Assembly: GCA_003141895.1 (NCBI GenBank)
Contig: PLNT01000036.1
Span: 53,195 to 117,194 of the forward strand
Origin: Bacteroidales bacterium
GTDB lineage: Bacteria; Bacteroidota; Bacteroidia; Bacteroidales; VadinHA17
Length of the DNA: 64,000 nucleotides
Reading direction: 5' to 3'
Within the stretch, counting starts at the first letter, position 1, and the number at the start of each line of letters is the position of its first letter. Position numbers and translations under genes: made by a program. This document shows positions 18,757-29,085 of this stretch, piece after piece. Below the pieces are notes generated by a model. The model saw only the letters and a list, made by a program, of their open reading frames with translations. It was not told the DNA's origin and did no database searches.

Positions 18757-19674
18757 ATGATACCAGACTATCAATCATTAATGCTTCCACTTCTTCAACT
18801 TACTTCAGACAGGCAAGATCATAAGTACAGAGACCTTATTGAAAATTTAGCTACTGAGTTTAAAGTAACAGACGAAGAACGCAAAGAACTTCTTGCAAGT
18901 GGAAACCAACTAATTTTTGACAATAGAGTTGGCTGGGCAAAAACATATTTAAAAAAGGCTGGACTTCTGGATTCTCCAAAACGAGCAACATTTGTAATTA
19001 CCGAACTTGGACTTCAAACATTAAATAAAAAGCCTGACCGTATTGATGCAAAATTTTTAAGACAGTTTCCTGCTTTTCTTGAATTTGTACATGCAGGACG
19101 AAATGATAATGAAATCGATGAAGAAATAATTTCACATGAAATACCAACACAAACCCCAGAAGAAAACCTTGATAGAGCATATCAAAGCATCAGAAAATCA
19201 TTAGCATCAGAATTGCTAACCAATGTTATTGAATTATCTCCCACATTTTTTGAAAGACTGGTAGTTGACCTATTAGTAAAAATGGGTTATGGAGGTTCTA
19301 TTAAAGACGCAGGGAAGGCAATCGGTAAAAGTGGTGATGAAGGCATTGATGGCACGATTAAAGAAGATAAGTTAGGTCTTGATATTATTTATATCCAAGC
19401 AAAACGTTGGAAATCAGGAAATGTAGTGGGGAGACCAGAAATTCAGAAATTCGTAGGCGCACTTGCAGGGCAAGGAGCAAAAAAGGGCATCTTCATTACA
19501 ACATCAAATTTTACAAAGGAAGCATTGGATTACACACCCAAGAATGAAACTAAAATCGTTCTTATTGACGGTGAACAATTAGCTCAACTAATGATAGATC
19601 ACAATATTGGTTGCACCACACAGCAGATATATGAACTGAAAAAAATTGATAACGATTATTTTGGCGAAGAATAA
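18757..19674 (+). CDS. mrr: Mrr-family type IV (modification-dependent) restriction endonuclease
   Basis: The Mrr_N winged-helix start is 'MIPDYQSLMLPLLQL...VGWAKTYLKKAGLL'. The catalytic region is 'FERLVVDLLVKMGYGG...GDEGIDG...IIYIQAKRW'. Confidence 0.85.
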   Translation: MIPDYQSLMLPLLQLTSDRQDHKYRDLIENLATEFKVTDEERKELLASGNQLIFDNRVGWAKTYLKKAGLLDSPKRATFVITELGLQTLNKKPDRIDAKFLRQFPAFLEFVHAGRNDNEIDEEIISHEIPTQTPEENLDRAYQSIRKSLASELLTNVIELSPTFFERLVVDLLVKMGYGGSIKDAGKAIGKSGDEGIDGTIKEDKLGLDIIYIQAKRWKSGNVVGRPEIQKFVGALAGQGAKKGIFITTSNFTKEALDYTPKNETKIVLIDGEQLAQLMIDHNIGCTTQQIYELKKIDNDYFGEE

Positions 19675-19680
19675 TTTTAG

Positions 19681-20304
19681 CTAAGGGAATTCGAGGAAAA
19701 TATGTTTTAACAAAATATTATTTTCATGATAAGAATGATATACTTCTTCGTGACCGCCTATGCTCTCCCCATTAATTAGAATTTCTTTATCTCGATTGTC
19801 TTTGATCATTAATTTATTTATACCGTTAATACAATCCTTAGAATTGCATTTAATTACATAACCTGCCAAACAACCATCTGGATATCTACCAGATAAAAAA
19901 TTTTGTATACCAGTTGTAAGATATCTTCGTTTTAATTTGCTACTTGAAGACTTTATCTTTTTCGCTTCAATCGTATATTTGAATGATTCAGGATTTGACA
20001 GAACATATTTCTCAAACCGAATATCAGGACGTGGTGCTTTACTTGTAGAAACAACTCCATCTAAATGTTCTTCTGTGTAATATGGAACTTGTGGAACAAT
20101 AAACCAATAACCATTGTATTTAAGAGGTATTTTGGGCATGTATCTATCAACCAAAACAGCTGTATACACATCCTCATCTAATTCATTCATAAAAACAGGG
20201 TCGGATTTTGCAAGTTTATATGCCTCAACAAGTATTCTGTTACATTGAGAATGCAATATATTGCGGATATTATTTTGAATTTGATTATTTAAACTACCTA
20301 ACAT
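19681..20304 (-). CDS. Small PD-(D/E)xK nuclease candidate, coupled to the upstream methyltransferase
   Basis: 'PRPDIRFEKY...KYTIEAKKI' gives PD...E-A-K. Its start overlaps the methyltransferase stop by 7 nt. Confidence 0.55.
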   Translation of the reverse strand: MLGSLNNQIQNNIRNILHSQCNRILVEAYKLAKSDPVFMNELDEDVYTAVLVDRYMPKIPLKYNGYWFIVPQVPYYTEEHLDGVVSTSKAPRPDIRFEKYVLSNPESFKYTIEAKKIKSSSSKLKRRYLTTGIQNFLSGRYPDGCLAGYVIKCNSKDCINGINKLMIKDNRDKEILINGESIGGHEEVYHSYHENNILLKHIFLEFP

Positions 20305-23300
20305 TTAATTTGTGAGATTTCAGTTAATAATGATTCAGCATCTTCAAATCCCTGTGATCGTGTCCAATATCTTTTTTGATTAGGTTTAATTATATAAATT
20401 CTGTCATTATCGTAGTATCTTATTTGCTTTCTGACATAAATATTTTGGGAGTATTCTTGCAGAGTAAATTCGTTTATTTTGTTTAGGATAGATGATAATT
20501 CGGAATCCGAACTCAAAAGTTCAAGGTCTTTCTTCTCGTTATCAAACTTCAAAATGCAAACACATAATGGAATATTAGGTAAAATTTTGAAAATTTTACC
20601 ATTAACTATGCTATCGTCTGCACTTAGAAATTCATTTAATTCGTTACAGACTATATTAATGTAATTAATAGTTTCAGGAGATTCAATCGATATAGGACTA
20701 AGAGAGAGCGACTTCTCTCCTTCAAAAAATAATGATAGTGAATACTTATAAAGGTCTTCAATAAGAATAATTTCCTTTTCTGTTAAATTTAAACTTTCAT
20801 ATATTATCGAATCTATTTGATGTTCTATGTCTTCCAGATAATCAGGTAAAATTTTGTTCTGTTTTTCAATTATGTCATCAAGTAATTTACTCAATACTTT
20901 ATGGTACTTCTCAGATATTTTTGGTAAACTTTTAATATCGTTTGGTTTGATTTCTTCTCGTTCGATACCCCAAGAGGCTGATGTAAGAAACAAAAAATAC
21001 GTTGATAATTTTGAATTTATGTAGCAAGTTAAGGCTTTTAATAGTGTAGTATTATGATGATGAATGCCATAAACTTTGCTATTAAATGAGCAGTCAATAT
21101 CAAGATAAGAAGCACATACCCTTTTGTTAAATAATCCTTCTTTAATTATTATATGCGGAGCATAAAATGCATTTACCTTTCCGACTCTTCTGAATACATT
21201 AATTAACGGAATTGAATCGATATCCTTGCTATTATAAAATTTCAAATACTTAATTTTTGTTTCTTGAGTTTTTATACAGGAATTGATCGGGCGAATTGAA
21301 CTTCTTTGAGTAAAATATCTATTTATTTGCTCAGGTTGTATATAAGATAGCTTTTTTATTTGGTTGTTTTTTATTGGAGTTTTTGTTGTTTTATCTAATG
21401 TCTGAAATCCTACTCCATTATTTGAATCAGCGAAAGATTCACCTAATGGGGAAAATTGCGTTAATTTCTTTATTAAAAAATAATCTCCGATTGTTCCCCA
21501 TTGTGAAATTTTCCAAATATTAATGTCAGGTTCATTACAAATCTCCCGTGGAATATACTTAATGTCACTACTATCAATTAGTATACCCTCAGCAATATTG
21601 CTTTTTATAAATGACTTTGGAGCACAATAAATTATTGTCGCAGATGAGTTCTGAGGTATATTTTTTCTGAAACAAATGATACTCACTGGAACAGAAGCAG
21701 AATAAAATAATTGTCCACCAAAATTTTCAGGTGCTTTTCTAAGTATAGAGAGGTTGTAAATTTTCTCAACATAATTTTCATTAAATAACCAGTTTCTAAA
21801 ATTTTTAGCAGTGTTTTTTTTATTTGTTAATAGTTTTGTATTAAAGAGTAATGCAATTTTCCCATTAGGTGCAAGTTGTACAGATTTATGAATAAACGGT
21901 ATTGCAAATTGCTTGTCAAAAGCGTACTTCTCACAATATTCACGAATATTTTTGGGTAAATTATTGACACCAAAGGGGGGATTTCCAACAATTACATCAT
22001 ATTTAATTTTTTCAAATTCATTATTCTCATTAATTGAATCCGCTCGAAATAAATTACTTCCATAAGTATTAGAGGTTATGCAATTAAGATCATTAATTAA
22101 TAATGGAAATACTTCACCGTTTTTCAGCCAGATATCTCGTGGTTCAAGAAAATCTAATAGTGCTAAGTACAAACTAAAGGCTGCAACCTTTATTGATTTT
22201 GTGTCGAGTTCTACTCCGAATATACTGTTAATCATTAAATTTGATAGAGCATTAAAACTTAATTTCTTATCACTATTTTGCTTTACCCAATAACGAACAA
22301 TTCTTTTATACGCTTGCGCCAAAAAAATTCCAGACCCACAGGCAAAATCCATGATTTTTAAATGATAGTCATCCCCATCTTTTGGTAATACATTATCTAA
22401 GACTAATTCTACAACGGACGAAGGAGTATAATAAGTTCCCGTCTGTTTTTTTCTTATCGGGTCAAACTCATTTAAAAAATTCTCATAAATCTCGCTAAGT
22501 AATTCTATTCTAATGAAACTAAAATCAAACAATCTCCAATTAAATAGTCTCCCCTGAATTAAATCAATATTGCCATCGATCAAACACATTTTTATTAACC
22601 CTAAATGCTCTTTTGTGACCTTTTGGAGTTCAGATTTGTTAAAAGGTAATATGTTCCCATGAAAATGATTTGCTATTTCATCAAATAAAGAGTATGTTTT
22701 CTCTTTATCATCAAGTGCTTGCAGAAAATCCTTCACCCCCATTTTATTCCAAATCTCTTCAGGGATTGCTTTTCTATCTTGCAGATACATTAAGAAAATG
22801 GAACGAATTAAAAGACTATGGATAGTTTCATCATCCAAATCTGCTCTAAGTATTCTGGCTAATCTTAATAAACTATCAACTAAATATCTGTCTACCTTAG
22901 TTTTAAGTTTAATTTGCTGCGAATATTCTGATGTCCATAATTTACCTGTATCTATCGCAACAGATGAGAATACGCTCTTTAAGAAATTTAGTTTTTCAAT
23001 TTCGTTAACCTTACAGTATTCTATCTGTCTCTTTCCTAATTCTGCTTCAGTATCGGGATTTGCAGTATTAAAGAAGACAGGAGTAGAATTGCAGTTATAT
23101 ATTCTAATTTCCGTTAGTGATACAACATACAACAATACAACACTACTATTATTCCATATTTTGCGCTGAATCTCAGCGATTAGTCTTAAATTTTTTTGAC
23201 TAAAATCTGATATCTCTTTAAAAAATACTGATGGATACTCCCCTGAGCAATAAACAGAATCCACACCAACTGATTGAGCTAAAAGTTTAACATCAGTAGG

Positions 23301-23372
23301 TACTATCGCTGCATCTAAATCAAAATCTAACTGTTCAATAAAAAAATTATTGTTCATTTTATTGTTTTGCAC
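20298..23372 (-). CDS. Large gamma-class N6-adenine DNA methyltransferase with MmeI/Eco57I-like architecture
   Basis: It has 'GTYYTPSSVVELV', motif I 'MDFACGSGIFLAQAY' and motif IV 'VIVGNPPFGV'. A helical spacer 'IRSIFLMYLQDRKAIP' and a long C-terminal TRD-like region are also present. Confidence 0.85.
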   Translation of the reverse strand: MQNNKMNNNFFIEQLDFDLDAAIVPTDVKLLAQSVGVDSVYCSGEYPSVFFKEISDFSQKNLRLIAEIQRKIWNNSSVVLLYVVSLTEIRIYNCNSTPVFFNTANPDTEAELGKRQIEYCKVNEIEKLNFLKSVFSSVAIDTGKLWTSEYSQQIKLKTKVDRYLVDSLLRLARILRADLDDETIHSLLIRSIFLMYLQDRKAIPEEIWNKMGVKDFLQALDDKEKTYSLFDEIANHFHGNILPFNKSELQKVTKEHLGLIKMCLIDGNIDLIQGRLFNWRLFDFSFIRIELLSEIYENFLNEFDPIRKKQTGTYYTPSSVVELVLDNVLPKDGDDYHLKIMDFACGSGIFLAQAYKRIVRYWVKQNSDKKLSFNALSNLMINSIFGVELDTKSIKVAAFSLYLALLDFLEPRDIWLKNGEVFPLLINDLNCITSNTYGSNLFRADSINENNEFEKIKYDVIVGNPPFGVNNLPKNIREYCEKYAFDKQFAIPFIHKSVQLAPNGKIALLFNTKLLTNKKNTAKNFRNWLFNENYVEKIYNLSILRKAPENFGGQLFYSASVPVSIICFRKNIPQNSSATIIYCAPKSFIKSNIAEGILIDSSDIKYIPREICNEPDINIWKISQWGTIGDYFLIKKLTQFSPLGESFADSNNGVGFQTLDKTTKTPIKNNQIKKLSYIQPEQINRYFTQRSSIRPINSCIKTQETKIKYLKFYNSKDIDSIPLINVFRRVGKVNAFYAPHIIIKEGLFNKRVCASYLDIDCSFNSKVYGIHHHNTTLLKALTCYINSKLSTYFLFLTSASWGIEREEIKPNDIKSLPKISEKYHKVLSKLLDDIIEKQNKILPDYLEDIEHQIDSIIYESLNLTEKEIILIEDLYKYSLSLFFEGEKSLSLSPISIESPETINYINIVCNELNEFLSADDSIVNGKIFKILPNIPLCVCILKFDNEKKDLELLSSDSELSSILNKINEFTLQEYSQNIYVRKQIRYYDNDRIYIIKPNQKRYWTRSQGFEDAESLLTEISQIKC

Positions 23373-23697
23373 TCCATCTAATTCTTACATTCATAACTAT
23401 CATTATTACAACATTATGTCAATAATATTGACCAATAGCAATATGATTAAAAAGTAATCAAACTTACTTTAGAAATATAAACAAATAATTTAATTAAGTA
23501 CTGCTGATTTAAGGATTTGTCAGTATGCTAATAAACCAACGTCATCATTGACAATAATTTTAAGATTCTGATCAATTAGTCTAATTGATGAAATACTAAC
23601 CTGACATTAAATTAAAAGGCATAATTCATTTAAATTAAAATGTCTGGTTATCTTCGCAGCCGTCATTAACTCTAACATCTAACGAAAAATATTAAAA

Positions 23698-23991
23698 ATG
23701 TATATAAGCCAAATGCCTCATTTCCTTGATGAAACAGGAAATATCCCAAAACAGATGCCAAAGGAAGCCAGAGAACTTGCAAGTTTCATGGCATTAGTTG
23801 TTGATACAACAACCAAAAGTTGTCCTAAAACATTAACAACAACTGAAATCAGGTGCTTTCAGAAAGGATGTCAAGGAATAATTAAAAGTGAGATATTAGG
23901 TAAAAATGATGATGTCCACTGGGTATGTTCAAAATGCCCGAATGAAGGTGTGATAAGCAAATGGCAAAAGACAAAGTGGGATAACAGATAA
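23698..23991 (+). CDS. Small Zn-ribbon protein (family unassigned), paralog of 26875..27090
   Basis: 'IRCFQKGCQGIIKS...VHWVCSKCPNEGVISKWQKTKWDNR' has a C-x4-C ... C-x2-C pattern. It is transcribed divergently from the 1024 aa methyltransferase. Confidence 0.5.
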   Translation: MYISQMPHFLDETGNIPKQMPKEARELASFMALVVDTTTKSCPKTLTTTEIRCFQKGCQGIIKSEILGKNDDVHWVCSKCPNEGVISKWQKTKWDNR

Positions 23992-24277
23992 ATTCAATAG
24001 ATAGAAATTTCTCTTTTATTTTCGACTGCCAACAATCTGCCCACAGTAATTTATTGATTTACAGTAGTCATTTCTGTTTGTTATTCAGGCTGAGAAACCA
24101 CAAGTACTTCATCATAACGGTGGCTATAAGTGCCGTTTGGCATTTCGGAGCACATCGTTTCAAGTTGGTAATAATATTAATTAGTTGCACTGCCTAACAT
24201 GTACGTAATACCTGCCAAATGGCATTTATAGCATGTTATCGGCTGGCATTTTTTCAATTGTCAATTATCAAAATTAG

Positions 24278-24316
24278 CAAAAAAATCTTTCGTGCGTAAA
24301 AGCTCACACACGAAAG
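24278..24316 (-). terminator. Rho-independent terminator of the 24375..25145 gene
   Basis: The stem is 'ctttcgtg ... cacgaaag' (8 bp). On the minus strand it is followed by a T-run ('aaaaaaa' on the plus strand at 24279-24285). Confidence 0.6.
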
Positions 24317-24374
24317 GAATTTTCAATTTCACATTTTAATCAAACCGCATATTTACGGCGGATTTCATCATACT

Positions 24375-25145
24375 TTAAATCTTCTTTCCGATATAAAACA
24401 TATAGCCATAATATGCTTTATATTTGTAATATAACTCTGCCTCATATCGCTGGGAAGCGACAAATTCTTCTATGGTTTTGTTGCCGTTATATTTTTCCAA
24501 AAAGGATTCTCGTCTCAAGGTTTGCCAAGTATAATAGTCTGTCCAAATAGTTTCGGGTAAGATATACGTGGCAATCGGAAGATAGCCTGCTTTTTGCATT
24601 TGAGCAACCTTGTTCGAGATTGTATCTATTTCGGGATAGGCTTTTTGCCAAAAATCCTGAATTTCGGCAGGTCGCTCTTCGCTAAACCAAGTATTTTCTG
24701 TAACTGCGATATATCCGCCCTGTTTCAGAAATTTCCTCCACTCGTTCAGTCCACGCTCAAATCCAATGTTATAAATCGCACCTTCCGACCAAATCAAGTC
24801 TAATTCTTCCTCTTGAAACGGAAGATTTTCCATATTGCCGACAATGCCTTTCACTCTATCTTGAAGATTTTTGATTTGGGCATTTTGGTTGAATTGATTT
24901 ATAAAATCGTGCCAAGCATCAACACCGATAATTTCACACGGTGTGTTTTCTCCTAATACCATTGTTTGACCACCTGTTCCACAACCAATATCGGCAATTT
25001 TGGACTTTTCGGTAAGACCGTCTATAAAACCCAATGCTTTAAGCGTTTCTTCGGTACTTCCGGGACCTTGACGTTCTGTTTCTGAAAAAAAATCATAAAT
25101 AATATTCAAGTCAAATTCGTGAATTGTCTGTTTTTCGTTGTTCAT
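24375..25145 (-). CDS. Class I SAM-dependent methyltransferase (small-molecule type)
   Basis: It has the motif I '[15 protein letters not shown]' and the acidic loop 'IIGVDAW', with the size and layout of the Methyltransf_11/25 type. Confidence 0.8.
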   Translation of the reverse strand: MNNEKQTIHEFDLNIIYDFFSETERQGPGSTEETLKALGFIDGLTEKSKIADIGCGTGGQTMVLGENTPCEIIGVDAWHDFINQFNQNAQIKNLQDRVKGIVGNMENLPFQEEELDLIWSEGAIYNIGFERGLNEWRKFLKQGGYIAVTENTWFSEERPAEIQDFWQKAYPEIDTISNKVAQMQKAGYLPIATYILPETIWTDYYTWQTLRRESFLEKYNGNKTIEEFVASQRYEAELYYKYKAYYGYMFYIGKKI

Positions 25146-25513
25146 TTTCTTTTATTTTGTTGCATACACGAAAAGCATCACAATGCTTTCATCATTGTAC
25201 GCATATTAAAACTTAAATTAATTCAATAGAAAACTGTTCTCGAAAAGGATTATCCGAGAACAAACAAAGATACAATCTATACAAAAAGTACAGATTGTTT
25301 ACAGAACAATATCCGAATTAAATATAAACATCCAATTGTTTTAATAGGTGCAAAGATATAAAAAGTAATAAAACTTGAAACTTCTTTCAAATCTATTTTT
25401 CAGTAGTCGTTATCTACGAAACTGATTTATGCTTGCCGATAACTTGATGGTAGATGTCAGTCAATTACATAATGGGAAATTTTCATGTTGTCACGTATTT
25501 ACATTAAAACATA

Positions 25514-25951
25514 ATGGCAGCAAAGAAAATAGCACTCAACGAACTCCAAAGTTTTGTCTTGCAGGTTATTAAAGAAGAATACGAGAATAATTGGGACTCT
25601 TTATACAGAAAAGCACAACAAGAACCATATAAAACAAAAATAAAAAAAGCATTGGTTCAAATATTTAAAGACCCGCATGTTATGGGATTGGTAGGCGATA
25701 ATTATCATTGGTCAGATGGGTCAAATGGTGTTATAAATTTCTCAAACTTAAATCATTATATTACAGATATTGGTTATAAATGTTTTGCCGATAATCCTAA
25801 ATTATTTGACGATATGTTGAAATTAAAAAAACATATTTTATATTCATACGCAACATCTGAATCTAATCTACAGAACCCCAGAGTAAATTCAGCATATTAT
25901 AATGACTTCAAAAAAAGAAGGTACAATCCAAATGACGATTTTTCATGGTAA
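25514..25951 (+). CDS. Hypothetical protein
   Basis: This is a 145 aa ATG-started ORF with no recognisable motif. Confidence 0.4.
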   Translation: MAAKKIALNELQSFVLQVIKEEYENNWDSLYRKAQQEPYKTKIKKALVQIFKDPHVMGLVGDNYHWSDGSNGVINFSNLNHYITDIGYKCFADNPKLFDDMLKLKKHILYSYATSESNLQNPRVNSAYYNDFKKRRYNPNDDFSW

Positions 25952-26046
25952 TTAATACACGACTGAGAAGCCTGTGTATAGACGAGTAAACTGCCAAACC
26001 AGTTAAAACAATTCATTAGAACCTATTAAACGACTCTGAGAAAGCA

Positions 26047-26841
26047 TTACCGAACATCTTCTATTAAAGTTTTGGCATTAAGTCCATAATTTTTAAAAAT
26101 TGCCTCAACCCTATCTTTAATTTTTTCAAAATCATTTGGATTCTTCTCTATTAAAATAAAATCCCTATTGGTATTTAAACACGCTATACCAAGTGTGCCA
26201 CTACCTGCGGTATTATCCAATACCAATGCACCTTCATTTGTGTATGTTTTGATAATCCATTCAATTAATTCAACTGGCTTTTCTGTCCTATGAACAGCAA
26301 TACTTGGGTGTGGCTTTTGAAACTTCAAAATACTTTTAGGATGCTTCAAGTCACCAAGCAATTCTTTATTGTCCACAAATTCAAAGTCACCATAATTATT
26401 GTTTGCAGTTTTTTTTGGGTTGCCCTTTGAATGATTTGGTAAACCTTTTACTTTTTGTGGATTATAAACAGGCTGTTTTTTATAAAACACCATAATATCC
26501 TCGTGGCTTCTTAATGGCATCCTATTGGCGTTTAAAAAACCTGAAGGCAAGTCTTTATCCCAAATCAAATTATATCTATGGTTTTTATCACTTAACATCA
26601 TTGTTGCTGTAAATTTATCCTGCCCGAATAAGACAACTGCTGTATTTGGTTTTGCAATTCTCCAGTAATGTTTCCATAATTCAGATGGATTGATAATTAT
26701 ATCTAAACCATTAGCAGTAACTCCATAAGGCAAATCAGCACAAATCAGATCAATGCTATTATCTGGTATCAGACTCATCTTTTCTAAGCAATCACCATAG
26801 ATTATTTTGCTTTTCTTAAAAGTATATTTGCCATCCCACAT
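26047..26841 (-). CDS. Beta-class DNA methyltransferase (N6-A/N4-C), stand-alone
   Basis: The motif IV variant 'LICADLPYGV' precedes motif I 'VLDNTAGSGTLGIACL'. Confidence 0.85.
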   Translation of the reverse strand: MWDGKYTFKKSKIIYGDCLEKMSLIPDNSIDLICADLPYGVTANGLDIIINPSELWKHYWRIAKPNTAVVLFGQDKFTATMMLSDKNHRYNLIWDKDLPSGFLNANRMPLRSHEDIMVFYKKQPVYNPQKVKGLPNHSKGNPKKTANNNYGDFEFVDNKELLGDLKHPKSILKFQKPHPSIAVHRTEKPVELIEWIIKTYTNEGALVLDNTAGSGTLGIACLNTNRDFILIEKNPNDFEKIKDRVEAIFKNYGLNAKTLIEDVR

Positions 26842-26874
26842 TTTTAAAAACAGGCATCTGCTTCTTTACGCATA

Positions 26875-27090
26875 TTGATATATGAATACAGTTGTCGTAC
26901 ATATAAATACAATGGCAAAGGATTTTCTACAGTAACCCAAACCGATATCCGTTGCTTTAATAAAGGATGCCATGGATTGATTAAATCTGCTGTAATGCCT
27001 AAGAATGAAGAAATTCATTGGTATTGTCCAGAATGTGAAAATGAAGGTGTTATTAGTGAATGGCAGGGGACTAAATGGGACAATAGGTAA
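26875..27090 (+). CDS. Zn-ribbon paralog of 23698..23991, possibly 5'-truncated
   Basis: It contains 'IRCFNKGCHGLIKS...IHWYCPECENEGVISEWQGTKWDNR'. Only a TTG start is available, 33 nt from the divergent methyltransferase start. No in-frame ATG precedes the conserved domain. Confidence 0.4.
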   Translation: MIYEYSCRTYKYNGKGFSTVTQTDIRCFNKGCHGLIKSAVMPKNEEIHWYCPECENEGVISEWQGTKWDNR

Positions 27091-27175
27091 ATGCAGAAAT
27101 AATATTTACTTCTTAAGAAGAAGAGGAAAAATGATCAGGGGGTGAAAACGACAAGATAAATTCGAAGGATTTAAT

Positions 27176-27652
27176 TTACGGCTGGTCTTCTTTATTTATA
27201 AACGCCATTAAATCAACATGGTTTATTCTTAATTGATCATAAATTCTAATAGATTTAAGTGCCTGATCATTAACTAATTTGTAGACAGTAGGTCGGCTTA
27301 ATGATAACATTTCAGCGACTTCATTTACGGAATAGTATTTGTATTTAAGAAATTTTTTAAAATTACTTTCATCAGGTTCATAGATCAACTTTGTATTGAC
27401 GATTGTACCTACATTCGATAGTTTTGGAAAAATCCCTGAAACTTCAATTTCATCCTGAACTATACCCTTATGGTAAAGAAATTGCCTCATTTCTTCAGCA
27501 CTATCGAATGTTATATCCTGCGGAATAAATTTAATTAACGGAGATAACGTTGTTATTTTGAAAAACTCAAGATACTTAGATGCACTTGACCCATCTTTGA
27601 ACCGTATAACTAATCCATGCATGGGATGAATCTGATCAGGAAATGTCACCAT
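27176..27652 (-). CDS. Excisionase-like (HTH_17/MerR-type) DNA-binding protein
   Basis: The C-terminus 'YYSVNEVAEMLSLSRPTVYKLVNDQALKSIRI' is HTH-like. The gene lies immediately downstream of the integrase with a 4 nt gap. Confidence 0.6.
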   Translation of the reverse strand: MVTFPDQIHPMHGLVIRFKDGSSASKYLEFFKITTLSPLIKFIPQDITFDSAEEMRQFLYHKGIVQDEIEVSGIFPKLSNVGTIVNTKLIYEPDESNFKKFLKYKYYSVNEVAEMLSLSRPTVYKLVNDQALKSIRIYDQLRINHVDLMAFINKEDQP

Positions 27653-27656
27653 ATTG

Positions 27657-28943
27657 TTACTGTGTTATATTATCATTTTTACCAAATGTTTTCGACCATA
27701 AATCCATAGCATTAACTCTTACTTGATCTGTAACAGCTATATACTTTTTAAATGAACGAAAGTCAACATGACCAGTCATCGACATTATAACTTCTGGTCT
27801 AACACCGTTGATGAGGTTCTGGGTGATGAAAAATCTTCGACCATGATGGCTTGACATTATTTCGCTTTTTTTAAGTGGGTCTTGAATTTCTTTTTTACCA
27901 CGATATGTAATTCTCATTATCGGTTGGTCGATGCCAACATGGGCACACAATTCTTTTATGTAATCATTATACTTCTGATTGCTGATAGAAATTGTTGAGG
28001 TATCAAAATTGCAATCGGTTAGGATTTCCTTTGAATTGTCATTTAAGGGAATTACCAACGGCTGCTTTGTTTTAGTGCTACTCATTATGATAGAATTGTT
28101 ACGAACATGATTTTTTTTGATTTTGATAACATCGCTGTATCTCAGTCCAGTTGAGCATTGTAGAACGAACAGCTTTCTTACATTTTCAAGCCTTTCATTC
28201 TCCAGTTTATTTAAAAGTAGCCTAAATTCATCAGGTTCAAGGGTGATTAATGCTGGTAGTGGTTTACTCCTTATTTTAAATTTTTTATATGAAATGTTTA
28301 TTGGCATTCCACTTTCATGTTGACTGTTAAGAAAAACTCTTAATGTTTGAAGGTTTTTTATGATGGTACTGTCGGCAAACAGTTTTGATTTAATTTCATC
28401 ACTACCTTTTGCCTTTTCGACAATCTTCAATCGAGATAGATATATTTGGAACTTTTCGAAGAAACCGTTGTCGATGTCACTCAAAGTTATTTTATTCTTT
28501 CGGGATTTTTCAAATCCTAACAGATGCGTTTTTAGGGTTTTAAAATCTTTTATGCCATTGCGGGACATTGACTGTTCCCTTAGAGTCAGAAATTCATCAT
28601 ATATTTCAAAGAACCCAAGTATAACAGGAGCAGTCTTTTCAACATAAATTCGTTTGATTTCGGATAACTGAAATTTTCCCTTTTGAGAGAGATCAGCAAT
28701 TATTTCAGTAACTAATTCCTTCTGCCCAATTAACATCTGATTGATCTTATAGTAATCGTGCGATTTACCTCGAATAACTGATTGGCTCTTCGCACTCCAA
28801 CTATCGGCATTAACTTTTATATTAGTAGGAATCCTGATTGTTTTTTTCTTTTCACCTTGGGTATGAACTGAAACCTCAACATAAACATTTGCATCATTTG
28901 CCTTATTTGCCTTTGTGGCTTCGATCATCAATCTTATGTTCAT
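27657..28943 (-). CDS. Tyrosine site-specific integrase (Bacteroidota-type, with N-terminal arm and SAM-like domains)
   Basis: Catalytic residues are 'TGLRYSDV' (R), 'HHGRRFF' (HxxR) and 'GHVDFRSFKKYI' (H...Y). It is 428 aa long. Confidence 0.85.
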   Translation of the reverse strand: MNIRLMIEATKANKANDANVYVEVSVHTQGEKKKTIRIPTNIKVNADSWSAKSQSVIRGKSHDYYKINQMLIGQKELVTEIIADLSQKGKFQLSEIKRIYVEKTAPVILGFFEIYDEFLTLREQSMSRNGIKDFKTLKTHLLGFEKSRKNKITLSDIDNGFFEKFQIYLSRLKIVEKAKGSDEIKSKLFADSTIIKNLQTLRVFLNSQHESGMPINISYKKFKIRSKPLPALITLEPDEFRLLLNKLENERLENVRKLFVLQCSTGLRYSDVIKIKKNHVRNNSIIMSSTKTKQPLVIPLNDNSKEILTDCNFDTSTISISNQKYNDYIKELCAHVGIDQPIMRITYRGKKEIQDPLKKSEIMSSHHGRRFFITQNLINGVRPEVIMSMTGHVDFRSFKKYIAVTDQVRVNAMDLWSKTFGKNDNITQ

Positions 28944-29085
28944 AAAATAGTATATTTCTAACCATATTCTAACTTAACTGGTGTAAATGTATGTAAAATT
29001 TTTTTAAGTGTTTTTAATTAAGACTGTTTATCAAGCAGATAGCGGGGTTCAGATAGGCAGGTTCTACTCCCATCTTCCACCCCAC

